A program made the translations under genes and the position numbers. From positions 7,254,001 to 7,318,000 of the forward strand of contig JBHGNT010000016.1 of the NCBI GenBank assembly GCA_043228905.1: a DNA stretch of 64,000 nucleotides, in the 5' to 3' direction. This DNA is from Azolla caroliniana (Eukaryota > Plantae > Polypodiophyta). The notes below the pieces were generated by a model, which saw nothing but the letters and a program-made list of their open reading frames with translations, did no database searches and had not been told where the DNA came from. Below are positions 1 to 13,430 of this stretch, piece by piece; positions within the stretch are counted from its first letter, which is position 1; every line of letters starts with the position of its first letter.

Positions 1-173
1 CGCAGTCGGGTACTCCTCGTCCGGTTCATACCGGGCTTGCACCATCTGACTCTCCGCAGTCGGGTACTCCTCATCCGGTTCTCCGTCTCGGCCGAGGCCT
101 GTTGGCCTCGGCCGAGTTTGTTCGTCGGCACTGTTCTTCTCTCTTCCCATCCGGAGGGACCTGTCTTCCAACA
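1..173 (+). mobile_element. 3' end of an LTR (same family as solo LTR 14511-15108), cut by the window edge
   Basis: ctcctcatccggttctc...cttcccatccggagggacctgt...ccaaca matches 15016-15108 and ends in CA. Confidence 0.65.
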
Positions 174-682
174 TTATGTGAGTAGTTAAGCAATAAAAGA
201 TTATGTGATTTGTATGTGTATGTGTGTGAGAGGAAGAGAGAGAGAGGAAGATACACTTATGAACAATAATATAAATGTGGGATGATTAACGGGAGTGTAT
301 ATTGAAAAGCATTGTCAAATACAAAAATACCCACAATGAGGTATATATACATCTCATGTGCAAAGGTGCACATGTGTGAGTAGAATATAGGTACAAAGGT
401 GTAAGTCCTATATTAAATGAACATGGGAGTGGAGGATCTACAATGTATCCCACTGAAGTACAAAATCCTATTTAAGGCTTTAAGGTCAACACACAAACTA
501 GATCCTATCTAGGTAACTACTAAGTTATGTGTGTTGACTGACTAAATAAATCTAGTTGAGCTTGATATCTCAATGCGCCCCCTCAAACTCAGGTGTGAAG
601 CATTCAATGTCTGCTTTGGCTTTTGTCAGCTTTGTTGGCTTCTGTCCAGCCTTCAACTTTCTGAGGCAGTCTCGGTTCCTCT
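174..682 (-). mobile_element. LTR-retrotransposon 3' remnant (LTR, PPT and ORF tail) interrupted by the copia LTR at 683
   Basis: purine tract gagggggcg on the minus strand near 575-584; LTR edge agttgagcttgatatctca resembles 13409-13430. Confidence 0.4.
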
Positions 683-3600
683 TGTTACAAAGGCGCTCTG
701 GCTCTTCTGTGTGCACACTCACAGTGGATCGTGATGTGTTGGATAGTTCAGTGCTCAAGACAGAAAGGAAGGGGGAAGGAGGCTTACCTCTGTGTAGCAA
801 ACAAAAAAGCTTCTTCTATTTCATTACACGCAGAGCTCAACTCGCTCTGTCAGTTTTTTGTTTTTTGTTCTTACAACTACTCTCACTTACAATTTACTAT
901 TCTTAGTTTTTACCTAAGTATATAAGTGACTTATATATGTAGCTAATTAGTTGTTAGTAGCTAAATAGTTGTGCATAGCTAAATAGTTGTTTCACTTTTA
1001 TGTCCACTAGTAGCTAATTAGCTAATTAGCTACTATAGCTTATTTCTCAATAAGCATCACATACCTTTGTTGAGATTGCTTCTCAACATTCCCCCTCAAG
1101 CTCAACTTATCCTTTCTTGGGATCATGTTCAATATTCTTTTCTTCATGCTTTTCAGCTACCATGCCGATGGTTATAACTCCCATCATGTCTCTAAACTGT
1201 GTATGTTTTTCCATGCTCAATCCGTTCGTAAGAATATCAGCCACTTGCTGATTTGTACTTACATACAACAGATCCACTTCTCTATCAATCACTTTTTCTC
1301 TAACAAAGTGATAATGCACTTCAATGTGCTTTGTTCTTGCATGGAACACTGGGTTTTTTGCTAGCTGAATGCTGCTCATATTGTCACACCAACTTGTGAT
1401 TGCACCATCTATATACTCTCCCAAATCAGAAAGCGATCTTTTGATCCATACCTCTTCACAGGTGGCTATTGCAGCTCCTCTATATTCAACTTCAGTACTT
1501 GATAGTGCAACAATAGCTTGTTTCTTGCTACTCCATGGAATAATTGCACTTCCCAATGTAAGCATATATCCACTTGTGGATCTTCTATCAGTTTGGCTTC
1601 CATTCCAATCAACATTTGTATATCCTTCCAACTTTATGTCCAGATCAACCCTGTAAAACAATCCCTAATTTTGAGTAGCTTTTACATACCATGAGGCTGC
1701 CCGCCATAGAACTGTACATGTTTACATCTTCTATTTTGGCTCCCAAATCAGCCCTCAATTTGTAGTTCTTATCTAGTGGTATACCAATAGGTTTGCATCC
1801 AAGCATACCATACTTCTTTAACATAGTTGTTGCATACTGTTTTTGCAACATATATATACCACTTTCAATTCTGATCATCTCAATGCCAAGAAAGTATCTC
1901 AGCTCTCCCAAATCCTTCATATGAAATTGCAATTCAAGATTTTTTTTCAACTTGCTTATTTCATCCATAGAATCACCTTCAATGATTAAATCATCAACAT
2001 AAATCAAGATAACAACAATGAAATCATTCATCTTCTTTACATACACTGATGGATCAACTTTTGACATTTTGAAGGCAATTTTTTTCAGAGATTCTAAAAG
2101 TTCTTTATGCCATGTTCTCAGTGCTTGTTTTAGTCCATAGAGAGCCTTTTTTAGCCTACATAGATATTCTGGATGCTTCTTATCTTCAAAACCTCGTGGT
2201 TGACACATGTACACTTCTTCTTCCAAGTTACCATGTAAAAAAGCATTTTTTACATCCATATGGTGCAGAACCCACTTTTGGCTACACTCACAGCAATTAG
2301 TGTTCTCAAGGTTGCCATTTTTGCAACCGGTGCAAATGTTTCATCATAACCAATACCTTGCATCTGGGCATATCCCTTTGCCTCAAGTCTTGCTTTATGT
2401 TTGCTAACATTTCCATTGGAATCATGCTTTGTCTTGTAGACCCATTTGCAACCTACAACAGTTTTTCCTTTCAGTAACTTTACCAAATCCCATGTTCTAT
2501 TTTCAACCAATGCATCTATTTCTTCTTGCATTGCATTCTTATCAGATTTTGCTTCATCAAAACTATTTGGATCAGGGATTTGTACCACTTTAGACATGTA
2601 TGCATAATGCATAGCCATATGTGTCATAACCAAATCTTTCAACAGTCTTTTTCTCTCTATCTGATCTTCTCAGTTTCTGATTTGCATCCTTCATTGCTTT
2701 TTCCATACCAGGGATTTTCAAGGCTCGTATAACAAGCTCATCCTCCAATGATGTATTTGAATCTACATCTTCCATGTTTCTATCATCAAGCATTTCATAT
2801 TCTGACATCTTTTGTTTTCCCTTTTTATCATCATATTTTTTGTGTCTTGCATTTTTTACACTCCATGCATTAGATTCAGATTTACTACCTGAGCTTCCAG
2901 ATGGTCTAGTACATTTCATTGATGTGGAACTTTGTTGTCCAACATTGTTTCCATCTCCATGGCAATCTCTTCCATTTTCAAATTTTTCTCTATCTCCATT
3001 TTCACGTCTTCATCAGTTTCTATATTCTCTTTTGGGCTGTACCAGCTGCCCAACTCATCAAATATTACATCACGGCTTACCACAATCTTTTTTGTCAAAG
3101 GGTTATAATATCTATACCCTTTTTTCTCCTCTGAATATCTAACAAGAACACATTTTTCAGCTTTTGGATTAAGCTTACTTCTCGCTTCAGTAGGTACACG
3201 AACATAGGCAAGGCATCTAAACACTTTTAAGTGTCCTAAACTCGGCTTTCTGCCATAGAAACATTCTTCAGGAGTTACTTCATGTACTCCAGATGTTATA
3301 CATCTATTTAGGATATAGTTTGTTGTTTTATAGCTTCTGCCCAGTAATACAATGACATATTTTTTTTTGTCATTAAAGCCCTTGCTATGTTCACCAAAGT
3401 TATGTTTTTTCTCTCAGCAACTCCATTTTGTTGTGGAGTATATCTACATGTGAACTGTCTTCTTATTCCTTGACTTCATAGAAAATCAAAAAATTCATTT
3501 GAGAAGTATTCTCCTCCTCCATCAGATCTTAGGCATTTTATTCTAGTTCCAGCCTGCTTTTCTACCATGCATTTAAACTTACGAAAGCAATCAAATACTT

Positions 3601-5790
3601 CACTTTTCTCTTTCGTGAAGTAAACCCATGTTTTCCTTGAGCAATCATCAATAAATGTTACATAAAACTTGCATCCACCAATTGATGCATTTTTTGTTGG
3701 TCCTCATACATTTGTATGTACCAAATCCAATAAATTTTTGCTTACATGTCTTTCATGAGGGAAAGGCAACCTGTTTTGCTTTCCATATTGACATGCTTTA
3801 CATATTTTGCTCATCTCACAGTCTTTTAACTTAGGCAGTCTAGCCACTGCATTTTTCCTCAACATATTTTTCAATGTTTGCATACTTATGTGACTGATTC
3901 TTTTATGCCACATTTCCACATTTGAGATTGTACACTCATTCCTTCTGCAAACGTGGTTGTAATCTTATTAGGCATATCCACATCTAACACAAACATCCTT
4001 CCTTGTCATTTTCCTTTTGCAATAAGCTTTCCCTGTTTCTCTATAAAGCATTCACTTTGCTTAAACTTAACTTCCATTCCTTGCTGTACTATCTGTCCAA
4101 CATAAATCAGATTTTTTGCAAGGTTTGGCACGTGCATAACATTCAACATATATTTTGTTTTTCCTTTTTCTTCCCACAATGGGATATCTCCAACATGCTC
4201 TATTTGGTGAGTAGTATTATCACCTGTCTGTACATAACCAGGAATCTCTGGTTCTCTTAGACTTTCAAACTAGTTTGCATGTCTTGTCATATGATTAGAT
4301 GCCCTAGAAATCTACATACCACATAAACTCTTTATTGCATCTCTGTAAACATTCAACCATTGCTGTTGTTTCATGTTGCACCACATATGCACCATCTTTA
4401 TCACAGTCTTCACTGGTTGAAGCATAGTTATTTTGTTGTCTCTTCCCTCTTTTTTCGTCATTTTGCTTTTTATAGCACTCAGCTTGTGTATGGCCTAGTT
4501 TTCCACAATACCAACAACCATCATCATTCAAATAAGTTTGCTTACCTCTACCTCGATTGCTCCCCCTACCTCTGATGTTGTTTCTTTCACTTACGACCTG
4601 TTGTCCTCTTCCTTGATAATTGTTGTTGGTTCTAGCTGAACCAAATCTTCCATGGCCTCATCCTCGGCCTCTTCTAGCACTATTGTAGAGGGCTTGCCCC
4701 TTAGTCTCAGAGTTTCCTTTGTTTACATCATCCATATGATTTCTTTCTTCCACTACAAGCATTGAAACCAGATCTGGAAAACTTGGGATGTTATCTCTTG
4801 TGAGAATAGATGTTTTGAGGCTTTTATATTGAGGTCGTAAGCCTCTTAAGCATATTTCCACCTTATCATCATCTTCTACCTTCACATTGATAGAAGCAAG
4901 TGATTCACATATGCTCTTTATTTTCAGAGCATACTCATTCACTAACATCTTACCTTTTTCCAAGGTATTTAGCTCAGTCTTCAACTGAAGCTTTCTAGCC
5001 TTTGTGTTCAATGCAAATAGTTTTACTAAATTGTCCTGCTTCTTTTGGAAGCATAACATCTTGTATGTGTCCAAGCATCGAATCCGAGATGCTAAGTGAG
5101 AGCCAATGCAATACTTTCCTTGCCCCTTGATTGCATTCCTCAAATGCTTTAATCTGTGTAGTAGTTGCATTTTCTTTAGAGATCTCTGGAGCCTCTTCTA
5201 GGTCTCCTTCAATGTAATCCCAATATCCTTTTCCCATAAGGAAATTTTTCATTCTAAATTTCCACGTCGGGAATTATTTTTTGTCCAATTTGTCTGTGAC
5301 TATTTGGCTTCCATTCTCAACATCCATTCTCTCTTTCAATTAGGGTTAACTTCACAGACAACTCTCTCTTTGATTCAGATCAACAACCAGAACCAAACTT
5401 CTCAGATCTGCACAACTCTAATCTTCTTTATGAGCAACTCTGCTCTGATACCATGTTACGAAGGCGCTCTGGCTCTTATGTGTGCACAACGGATCGTGAT
5501 GTGCTAGATCGTTTAGTGCTCAAGAAAAAAAGGAAGGGGAAGGAGGCTTACCTCTGTGTAGCAAACAAAAAAGCTTCTTTTATTTCATTACATGTAGAGC
5601 TCAACTCGCACTCGTCAGTTTTCTGTTTTCTATTCTTACAACTACTCTCACTTACAACTTACTACTCTTACTTTTTACCTAAGTATATAAGTGACTTATA
5701 TATACAACTAATTAGCTGTCTATAGCTAAATAGTTGTGCATAGCTAAATAGCTGTTTCACTTTTATGTCCACTAGTAGCTAATTAGCTAT
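683..5790 (-). mobile_element. Degenerate Ty1/copia LTR retrotransposon; 3' LTR 683-1088, 5' LTR 5454-~5790 (truncated)
   Basis: LTR copies start tgttac(a/g)aaggcgctctggctc at 683 and 5454; PBS tggtatcagagc (tRNA-iMet) at 5442-5453 on minus; PPT at 1089-1097; ORF fragments in gag-PR-IN-RT-RH order. Confidence 0.93.
1107..5310 (-). pseudogene. Fragmented copia gag-pol polyprotein
   Basis: zinc knuckle CWYCGKLGHTQAEC; GAG-pre-integrase WHKRISH...CKACQYGK; RT MDVKNAFLHG and YVDDL; RNase H KNPVFHARTKHIEVHYHF; many stops and frameshifts. Confidence 0.92.
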
Positions 5791-8700
5791 CACAAGTCCG
5801 AACAAAATCCTCGACAAATTGTCGCATACAGGGCCACCAGAATGTTCGTTGTACTAAATGTAATGTTTTAGTACTACCAAAATGCCCAGCTGTATATGTG
5901 TCATGACAGTTTTGTACTACTCGAAGGTGGCAAGAACCATTGGGAACATACAAAAGTTCTTTAAAGAAGAGTAATCCATCATGGTATTTGAATTGCCGAT
6001 AGTCCGTACCTGGTGGTTGCGACTGTGAACACGACGCTCAAGAGGGATCAATTTGTGCTAGTATAGCTTGGGCGAATGCATCTGTCTTCAAGTCTTCACG
6101 TATGGTATCGATAACGCGGGAATCCATAGGCATGTCAAAGATCTGTGTTGCTTGTAGTCGTGCTAGTCCCAAGATGACTTGTTTTTGGTTATCGAAAGCT
6201 GGCTCGCCGGGACGGGGTGCTAGATACGAATGCCGTGATAATGCATCTGCCTTCCCTTGGTGCCTCCCCGGACGATATGTAATTTTGAAGTCGAAACACG
6301 TGAGGAAGTGGGCCCACCAAGCTTAACGTCGATTCAACACACGAGCATCCTGAAAGTAGGCAAGATTCTTGTGGTCACTAAATACGGTGACTAGATGAGA
6401 GGATCCCTCCAGAAAATGCCTCCATTGCATAAAAGAATCCACTATTGCCAATAACTCCTTATCATGAATTTCGTAGTTGATTTCGGCGGCGTCAAACTTG
6501 CGTGAGTGAAAAGCCACAGGATGTAGCTTCTCATCATTCCCCTGTTGTGACAAAATGCTCCCCAATGCAAAATCCGATGCGTCAGCTTCGATAATGAATC
6601 CGTTTTTCCGGATCGACATGAGCTAGAATTGGAGCCGATGTAAATGCCTTTTTAAGACTCTCGAAAGCCATGTCCGTTTCTTCAGACCAGATGAACGGTT
6701 GTCCCTTCCTGGTAAGTTGTGTGAGAGGTAGAACGATCTTTGAGTAATCTTGTATGAACTTCCGGTAAAAATTGGCAAAGCCTAAGAAGCATTGTACATC
6801 CCACACCGAACACGAAGTCTGCCATTCTACCACCGTTTTGACCTTAGCTGGGTCCATGGAGATGCCTTCTGACGAAATGATGTAGCCGAGAAATTCCACT
6901 TGGTTGCACCCGAAACTACATTTTTCCAGCTTTGCATACAGACCATGTTCTCGAAGTCGTTTTAGTACTAATAGTACATGAGAATCATGTTCTTCTTGGG
7001 TCTTTGAATAAACCAGTAGATCATCCAAATAGATGATCAAACAAGCATCCAATAGATCTCGGAATATATCATTAGCCATGTGCTGGAAGACTACCGGCGC
7101 ATTAGTGAGGCCGAACGGCATGACCGTATACTCGAAGTGCCCATATCTGGTGCGAAACGCGGTCTTCCATTCGTCTCCTGGTCGGATCCGTACGAGGTTA
7201 TATGCTCCCCGTAAGTCGATCTTCGTGAAGAACCTGGCACCATTGATCCGTTCTAAAAGACTTGAGATAAGGGGAAGAGCATACCTATTCCTGATTGTAA
7301 CCTTATTCAAGCCACGGTAATCTACAACGAGACGAAGCGATCCATCTTTTTTTTTGACGAAGAAAATGGGCGCGCCGGCTGGAGATTTCGAATGCCGAAT
7401 GAAACCATTTTCCAAATTCTCCTCTATATAGGCGTGAAGGACTTCCAGCTCGGTTGGTGACAAATTGTAGATCGGTCCCCATGGCGGCTCTTTTCCCGGT
7501 TGTAAATCGATGGGGCAATCGTACGGTCGATGATGAGGAAGTGTGTTGGCTTGTACTTTATCGAACACATCGGCGTAATGACGATACTTCTCGGGAAGTT
7601 GAACGGTGGATTCTTCTTTAGTGGTGCTGGAGGGGTTTATTGATATTGCAAAGAGGAACATTTCCAGGTCCTTGCGCCCTTCTTTACGCAACTGACGTAG
7701 CGAAATGGTTGCCATCTTCTGAGTTGACCCTTGGGTTTGTCGACACCGGATTTCTCTTGTTCTCCAATCTATGTCTGGGTTATGTAACTCGAACCACGGT
7801 AATCCTAAAACTATAGGATGTTCTGGGATACTAATAATATTAAATGATACTACACATGCTAAGTTATCTAGGACAATATTAATGGGCTCTGACTCTTCTA
7901 TGATATTTCCGGAAGCAATGGGACGTCCATCAATGACTACTACAGAGGCTGGACACTGGAGTTTTCTTAGGGATATCTTATGAGCTTGAGCAAATTTCTT
8001 ATCCATAAAGCAAGAGTTAGCTCCGGAATCTAGGAGTGCTAGGACATGTACTAGAGGGGTACTTTTAGTACTAACTATTACTTGGGCTACGAACACATCA
8101 CTAACTTGCTTAGAGGGAATGGAACCACTAATGGGCTGCACAGATCTAGGGTTGTCCAACCAAACGGCTCCTATTTTGGTTGGACTTAGTCGTTTAACTC
8201 TTCTTCTAACTGACTAAGGACATCAAATTTGTTTGCTAGATCTGGGATATTAGTACTATTAGTACTATTAGGACTATTAGATATCCCTACTGAAATAGGC
8301 TCGGATTTAGTACAATTAGAACTAGTGACTATTTGGTTTACCTGTCTTCTTGGCCTATGGGGGCAATTTATTGCGATATGTCCTGGTCCACCACAGTAAA
8401 GACATAGTCGATTTGTACGGCATCGCTGCTTTTCTTCTTCAGATAATGGCCCTCGACGACGTGTAGTGTCAATCTCCATCGGAGTCGGAGTATTCGCTGG
8501 AGGCGCATTATATGACTCCCTCAGAAAAGGTCTTGGTACCACGGAGGCGTAGGTGGGCTCTGATCTTGCCCTCGGCATCTGTAACTGTCGTTCCGAACGT
8601 CACTCAAAGAGGCGGTTGTCACATCTCACCGCCGACTGATTGCTTCTGTTAAGGACTTTGGCTCTTCGGGGAAGGTCAATAGTAAATCCTTGACGTCGTT

Positions 8701-9861
8701 GCGTAAACCATAACGGAATTGCTCCATCAACGCTTGATCATCCCAAGGGATATCGACGGCGAGTAGGCGAAAATCTGCAGCGTATGCGGAGGCTGGATAG
8801 TCACCTTGGCGTAATTGCCGGATTTTGTATATTGCGGTCCTGATGCTGTTAGTATCTCCGAAACATGCTTTAAACTCACCTAGAAACTCTTCAAAATTGT
8901 TGAGTAACGGAGATTCCTTTTCTAATAGTGGAGTGAACCATGACAACGCTGAGCCACTTAACAAAGTGCCTACTAAACCCACTCGTGATGCATCGGTGGG
9001 ATATCGGGAAGGATGCATTTGAATAATTAATCGTACCTGGTTAAGGAACCCTCTAAACTGCGATCACGTTCCATCGAACTTCGTGGGAAGGCCAATCTTG
9101 GGTTCTTTATGAATCCCTTGTGTTCCGGGCCCTTGTTGTTGTATCGCTACGATGGTTGCTTTGAGTTGTTGCACGCATAACACAAGTTCCCCATGTTGTT
9201 GTTGCGTTTGCTGCTTTTCTAAGGAGATTTGCTGAAGATCCCCCAGCAACCGTTGGTTTTCTTGTTCCAAAGCATGGAACTTCTCCTTCAAGCATTGAAA
9301 TTCCGAGAAAACAGATTGATATTCTTCAGCGCTAACAGTGGCCATGGGATGAAAGAAAAGAGGAATAAAAGATTAGTAGGAAATGAGAGAGACAGAAGGT
9401 AGGGCAAATTGGTTCAAACTGTCATGAAAAGTACTGAGACAGAGAAGGAATTAGTACTAAATGAAGGATTAGTACTATGAGAGGTGTGGAACTTCTTCGA
9501 GAGAAGGAAGAAGTGAGCGAGATAGAGAGAAAGAGAGAGAGTGAGAGAGAGAGAGAGTGATGATAAGAAAGATATGTATTATATGAAGAGAATGTACAAT
9601 GGTGGCTAAAAGGCTTAAGACTAGCGTTGAACCAATTTGGTTCAACATAATGCCTAGTGCCCTCTTTTATAGTGTTTTCAGGAGTAATCCTGAAGCTTCT
9701 AGAATGTTCCAGAGAAATCTGGAATATACACTAATTTCCTATAATAAAATGTAAATGAAAATAATATCCTACGTATTACAATAGATGATCTAATGGTCAA
9801 GAGCTCGACCCATATAACCTAAGGTCATGGGTTCGAGTCTTAGTCTTGCCATATCATGACA
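5791..9861 (-). mobile_element. Ty3/gypsy chromovirus-like (Tcn1/Tf1-type) retrotransposon, 3'-truncated in integrase; 5' LTR 9420-9861
   Basis: LTR bounded by TGTCATGA...TCATGACA; gag 9345-8186 with CLYCGGPGHIAINC; protease LLDSGA; RT YLDD; RNase H DASDFALG...DHKNL; integrase HHCC start at ~5800-5900. Confidence 0.92.
6323..8159 (-). pseudogene. Gypsy pol (protease, RT, RNase H), frameshifted near 6600
   Basis: ORFs 6582-8159 and 6323-6619 with canonical motifs ([34 protein letters not shown]). Confidence 0.92.
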
Positions 9862-12308
9862 CCATCGAAAACTCGAACCGAGATCAAGGAAATGCGTTTT
9901 CCTCGAGTATGGACCCGACGGCGTGATCGGATACCGACTCTAGGACCCCGAGCACATGCAAATCGTCCGAAGTTCGGACGTCGTGTTCAACGAGTCGACT
10001 ATGCACAAAACGACCGAAAGGCCTATTGAAGTCAGAAGGGTAATATTTTCCGAAGTGCCAACCCTTCAAGACGGCCCAACACACAACACGAGACCGGTTT
10101 CACGGGTAACCGACCTCTCTCGCACCGAATCCACAGATTCGGCATAGCCGAATGGCTCGACTTCCGACCATCCGACATAGACACCCGGTGCGACCAGTCC
10201 AGTCATACCTCGAAGATCCGAGAGACTGTCGCAACCTCCGGAGAGGTACTCTCTCGGAATTTTCTTCACCGATGTCGGCAAACCAACGTGCTATGAAGAA
10301 GCATCGGCAGCTGCCGATTCAGCCACCTAGCATCTGGCAATGGAGTCGGAAATGCACTCCATCCGCGCCAACAAGACTTGGGATCTGGTCGACTTACCGA
10401 AGAATCGACGTGCTCTTCCTTGCAAGTGGGTCTATAGACTAAAGGAGACGTCCGACTCGACCACCCCAAAGTACAAGGCCAGATTAGTTGCGAAGGGATT
10501 TCGACAGGAATATGGCGTCGACTTTGACGAAATCTTTTCACCAGTGGTGAAAATGACAACCCTTCGTTTCATGCTCGGTGTTGTGGCTGCCGACAATTTG
10601 GAGTTGATTCAGCTAGATGTGAAAACGGCATTCCTCCACGGTGATCTAAAGGAGGAAATCTACATGGAGCAGCCAAAAGGCTTTGTGGCCACCGGACAGG
10701 AACATCTAGTCTGCCGACTCAGGAAGAGTCTTTACGGCCTGAAACAGGCACCCCGACAGTGGTACAAGAAGTTCGACGATTTCATCCAGTCGGTTGGCTT
10801 CTCCAAGAGCGATGAGAACCACTGCCTCTTCACCAAAACAGCTCAAGACGGCTCTCCCGTCTTCCTCATCATCTACGTGGACGACATGCTACTCTCCGGT
10901 CGGCATACCGGAGAGCTCACTGAACTCGTTCGGAAATTGCGATTGAAGTTTGACACGAAGGACCTCGGTCCGGCAAGACACATACTCGGAATGAAGATTA
11001 GTCGGAATTGCGCCAAAAGACAGCTTTTTCTGTCTCAAACCGACTACATCGGACGTGTCTTGGAATGCTTCAACATGCAATCGGCCAAGTCTGCTTCGAC
11101 CCCGCTCCCCGTTCATCTTCGGCTTTCTCAGCGAGACTACCCGACATCCAGTCCGAAGGGGGAAGACATGAAGTCGGTACCGTATGCACCGGCAGTAGGC
11201 TATCTGATGTACGTGATGGTCGCGACACGGCCTGATATTTCTCACGCCGTAGGAGTCATCAATAGATTTATGCACAATCCCGGTCGATCGCAATGGAACG
11301 CAGTCAAGCATGTGCTCAAATATTTAGCTGGCACAAAAGACCACGACATCCTTTTCGGTCCGAACTCAACTTCAGGCGTAACCAGTTACACCAACTCGGA
11401 CTTCGCCGGCTGTCAACAACCGGATACTGCTTTAAATTCGGCAATGGAGCAATCTCGTGGAAGTCGAAACTTCAGGAATGCACAACCACCTCAACGACCG
11501 AAGCAGAATATGTAGCTGCCTTCGACGCAACGAAAGAAGCTTTATGGCTTGGTCAGCTGGCGCACACATTTCGGCAAGTCGACTCCGACTCGACTCCAGT
11601 TGTCTACAACGACAGTCAGAGTGCCGTTGCCTTGTCCAAAAATCCGGTTCATCACAATGCCTCCAAGCATATCGAAGTTCGATATCACTTTGTTCGAGAC
11701 TGCGTCATTTCCGGGAAAATCGGTTTAGAGAAGATATCCACAACCGATAATGTCGCAGATGGAATGACCAAGTGTCTTTCGGCATACCGGTTCCGGTCTC
11801 TTCGGCAACAGATGGGCGTAACAACATATCGGTCCGGTTGAAGTTGAACATAGTGCAGGACGGTTTCAGACAACAGACATCGGTTCACTGACGATCGGCT
11901 TCAGCTTTTCCGACCCGACCAGCTCGGTCTTCTGTCTACGGATCATGCCGATTCGAACAAAACCGACCTGTCCGAGAACCTATGCCTATACCCGTATTTC
12001 TTTAGATAACCCATGTATACGCCCATTACGGGGGAGTGTCGAATACAAATGTATAATGGACGTATTCACACTATCCTCTTAGAAAGCCCAAGTTCGGGGT
12101 ATTTCTATAAATAACATAAAGGGCAGTTGCCCTAAGTGAGTCACTATATAAAGTGACTTTGTAACCTTTTGTAAAGGTTGGTTGTTCATTGTTGTAATTG
12201 TTGCCATTTTATGAATATATATATATGCTTTGTGCCTCTCTCTCTCTCTCTCTCCATATTCATACTGTGTGATCTCTTCCGCACTAACGTCTTTGTTCAT
12301 TCCCTACA
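9862..12308 (+). mobile_element. 5'-truncated degenerate copia (same family as 22896-28261); 3' LTR 12037-12308
   Basis: RT and RNase H ORFs 10340-11841 closely match 26248-27765; PPT ggggag at 12031-12036 followed by tgtcgaatac...ccctaca. Confidence 0.92.
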
Positions 12309-12310
12309 GA

Positions 12311-12995
12311 AAGGTGCATGGGCAAGGCCGAACGCTCCCTCGTCACAAGACGACCGAACATACAAGGAAGTCACAAACACACACACAAATGCTCGTACGT
12401 CTTTATGAGGAGGAGAGGTGCATGGGCAAGGCCGAACGCTCCCTCGTCACAAGACGACCGAACATACAAGGAAGTCACAAACACACACACAAATGCTCGT
12501 ACGTCTTTATGAGGAGGAGAGGTACATGGGCACGCCCGAAACGCTCCCTCCTCACAAGATGGCCGAATGTACAAGGAAGACACAAACACACACACAAAAT
12601 GCTCATACGCCTTTATGAGGAGGAGAGGTGCATGGACAAGCCCGAACGCTCCCTCGTCACAAGACGACCGAACGTACAAGGAAGACACAAACACACGCAA
12701 AAATGCTTGTACGTCTATATGAGGAGGAGAGGTGCATGGGCATGCCCAGAACACTCCCTCGTCACAAGACGTCCGAACGTACAAGGAAGACACAAACACA
12801 CGCACAAAATGCTCGTACGCCTTTATGAGGAGGAGGGTGCATGGGCATGCCTGAAACGCTCCCTCGTCACAAGACGACCGAACGTACAAGGAAGTCACAA
12901 AGACACGCACAAATGCTCGTATGCCTTTATGAGGAGGAGAGGTGCATGGGCACGCCCGAAACACTCCCTCGTCACAAGACGACCGAACGTACAAG
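12311..12995. repeat. Tandem repeat, ~104-106 bp unit, ~6.5 copies
   Basis: recurring aggtgcatgggc...ctccctcgtcacaagacgaccgaac...tttatgaggaggag. Confidence 0.95.
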
Positions 12996-13430
12996 TGGAT
13001 GAGAACAAGGAAAGAAAGAAAGAAACACGAATGATATTGGTTGTAAAGAATCAAGAGATGGATTCTTGTGAAGCGGAAGAGATGTGAGTTATGTGTGTGT
13101 GTAAGAGAGAGAGAGAGAGTGAGTGAGTGAGTGAAACACCGAGAATACGCAAGGTAAAAGTATATTGACAAAGGAGAAAGACTCAACATAATACAAGGTG
13201 GGAGGAGGGTGCTTTATATAGTCACCCTCTCTCTTCATTAACTACAAGACTCATGGAGCATGGGGAATATGAAAGCTCATAAGTTATGTGTCATAGAATA
13301 TGATTCTATGACTCATACTAAATGCTAGAATACAAAGAGGTGACATAATGGTGCCTCTTGACCGTTGGAGTGTCTATTCACTCTCAAGGTGAGTTCACAC
13401 ACTAGACCAAGTTGAGCTTGATTCTCAACA
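12996..13430 (-). mobile_element. LTR-like segment related to 174-572
   Basis: ends gttgagcttgattctcaaca; minus-strand TATA (gactatataaag) at ~13213-13224; GA/GT microsatellites. Confidence 0.5.

Noticed and set aside
12230-13189. 285-aa and 272-aa ORFs
   Set aside because: Translations of the ~105-bp tandem repeat with no domain signal.
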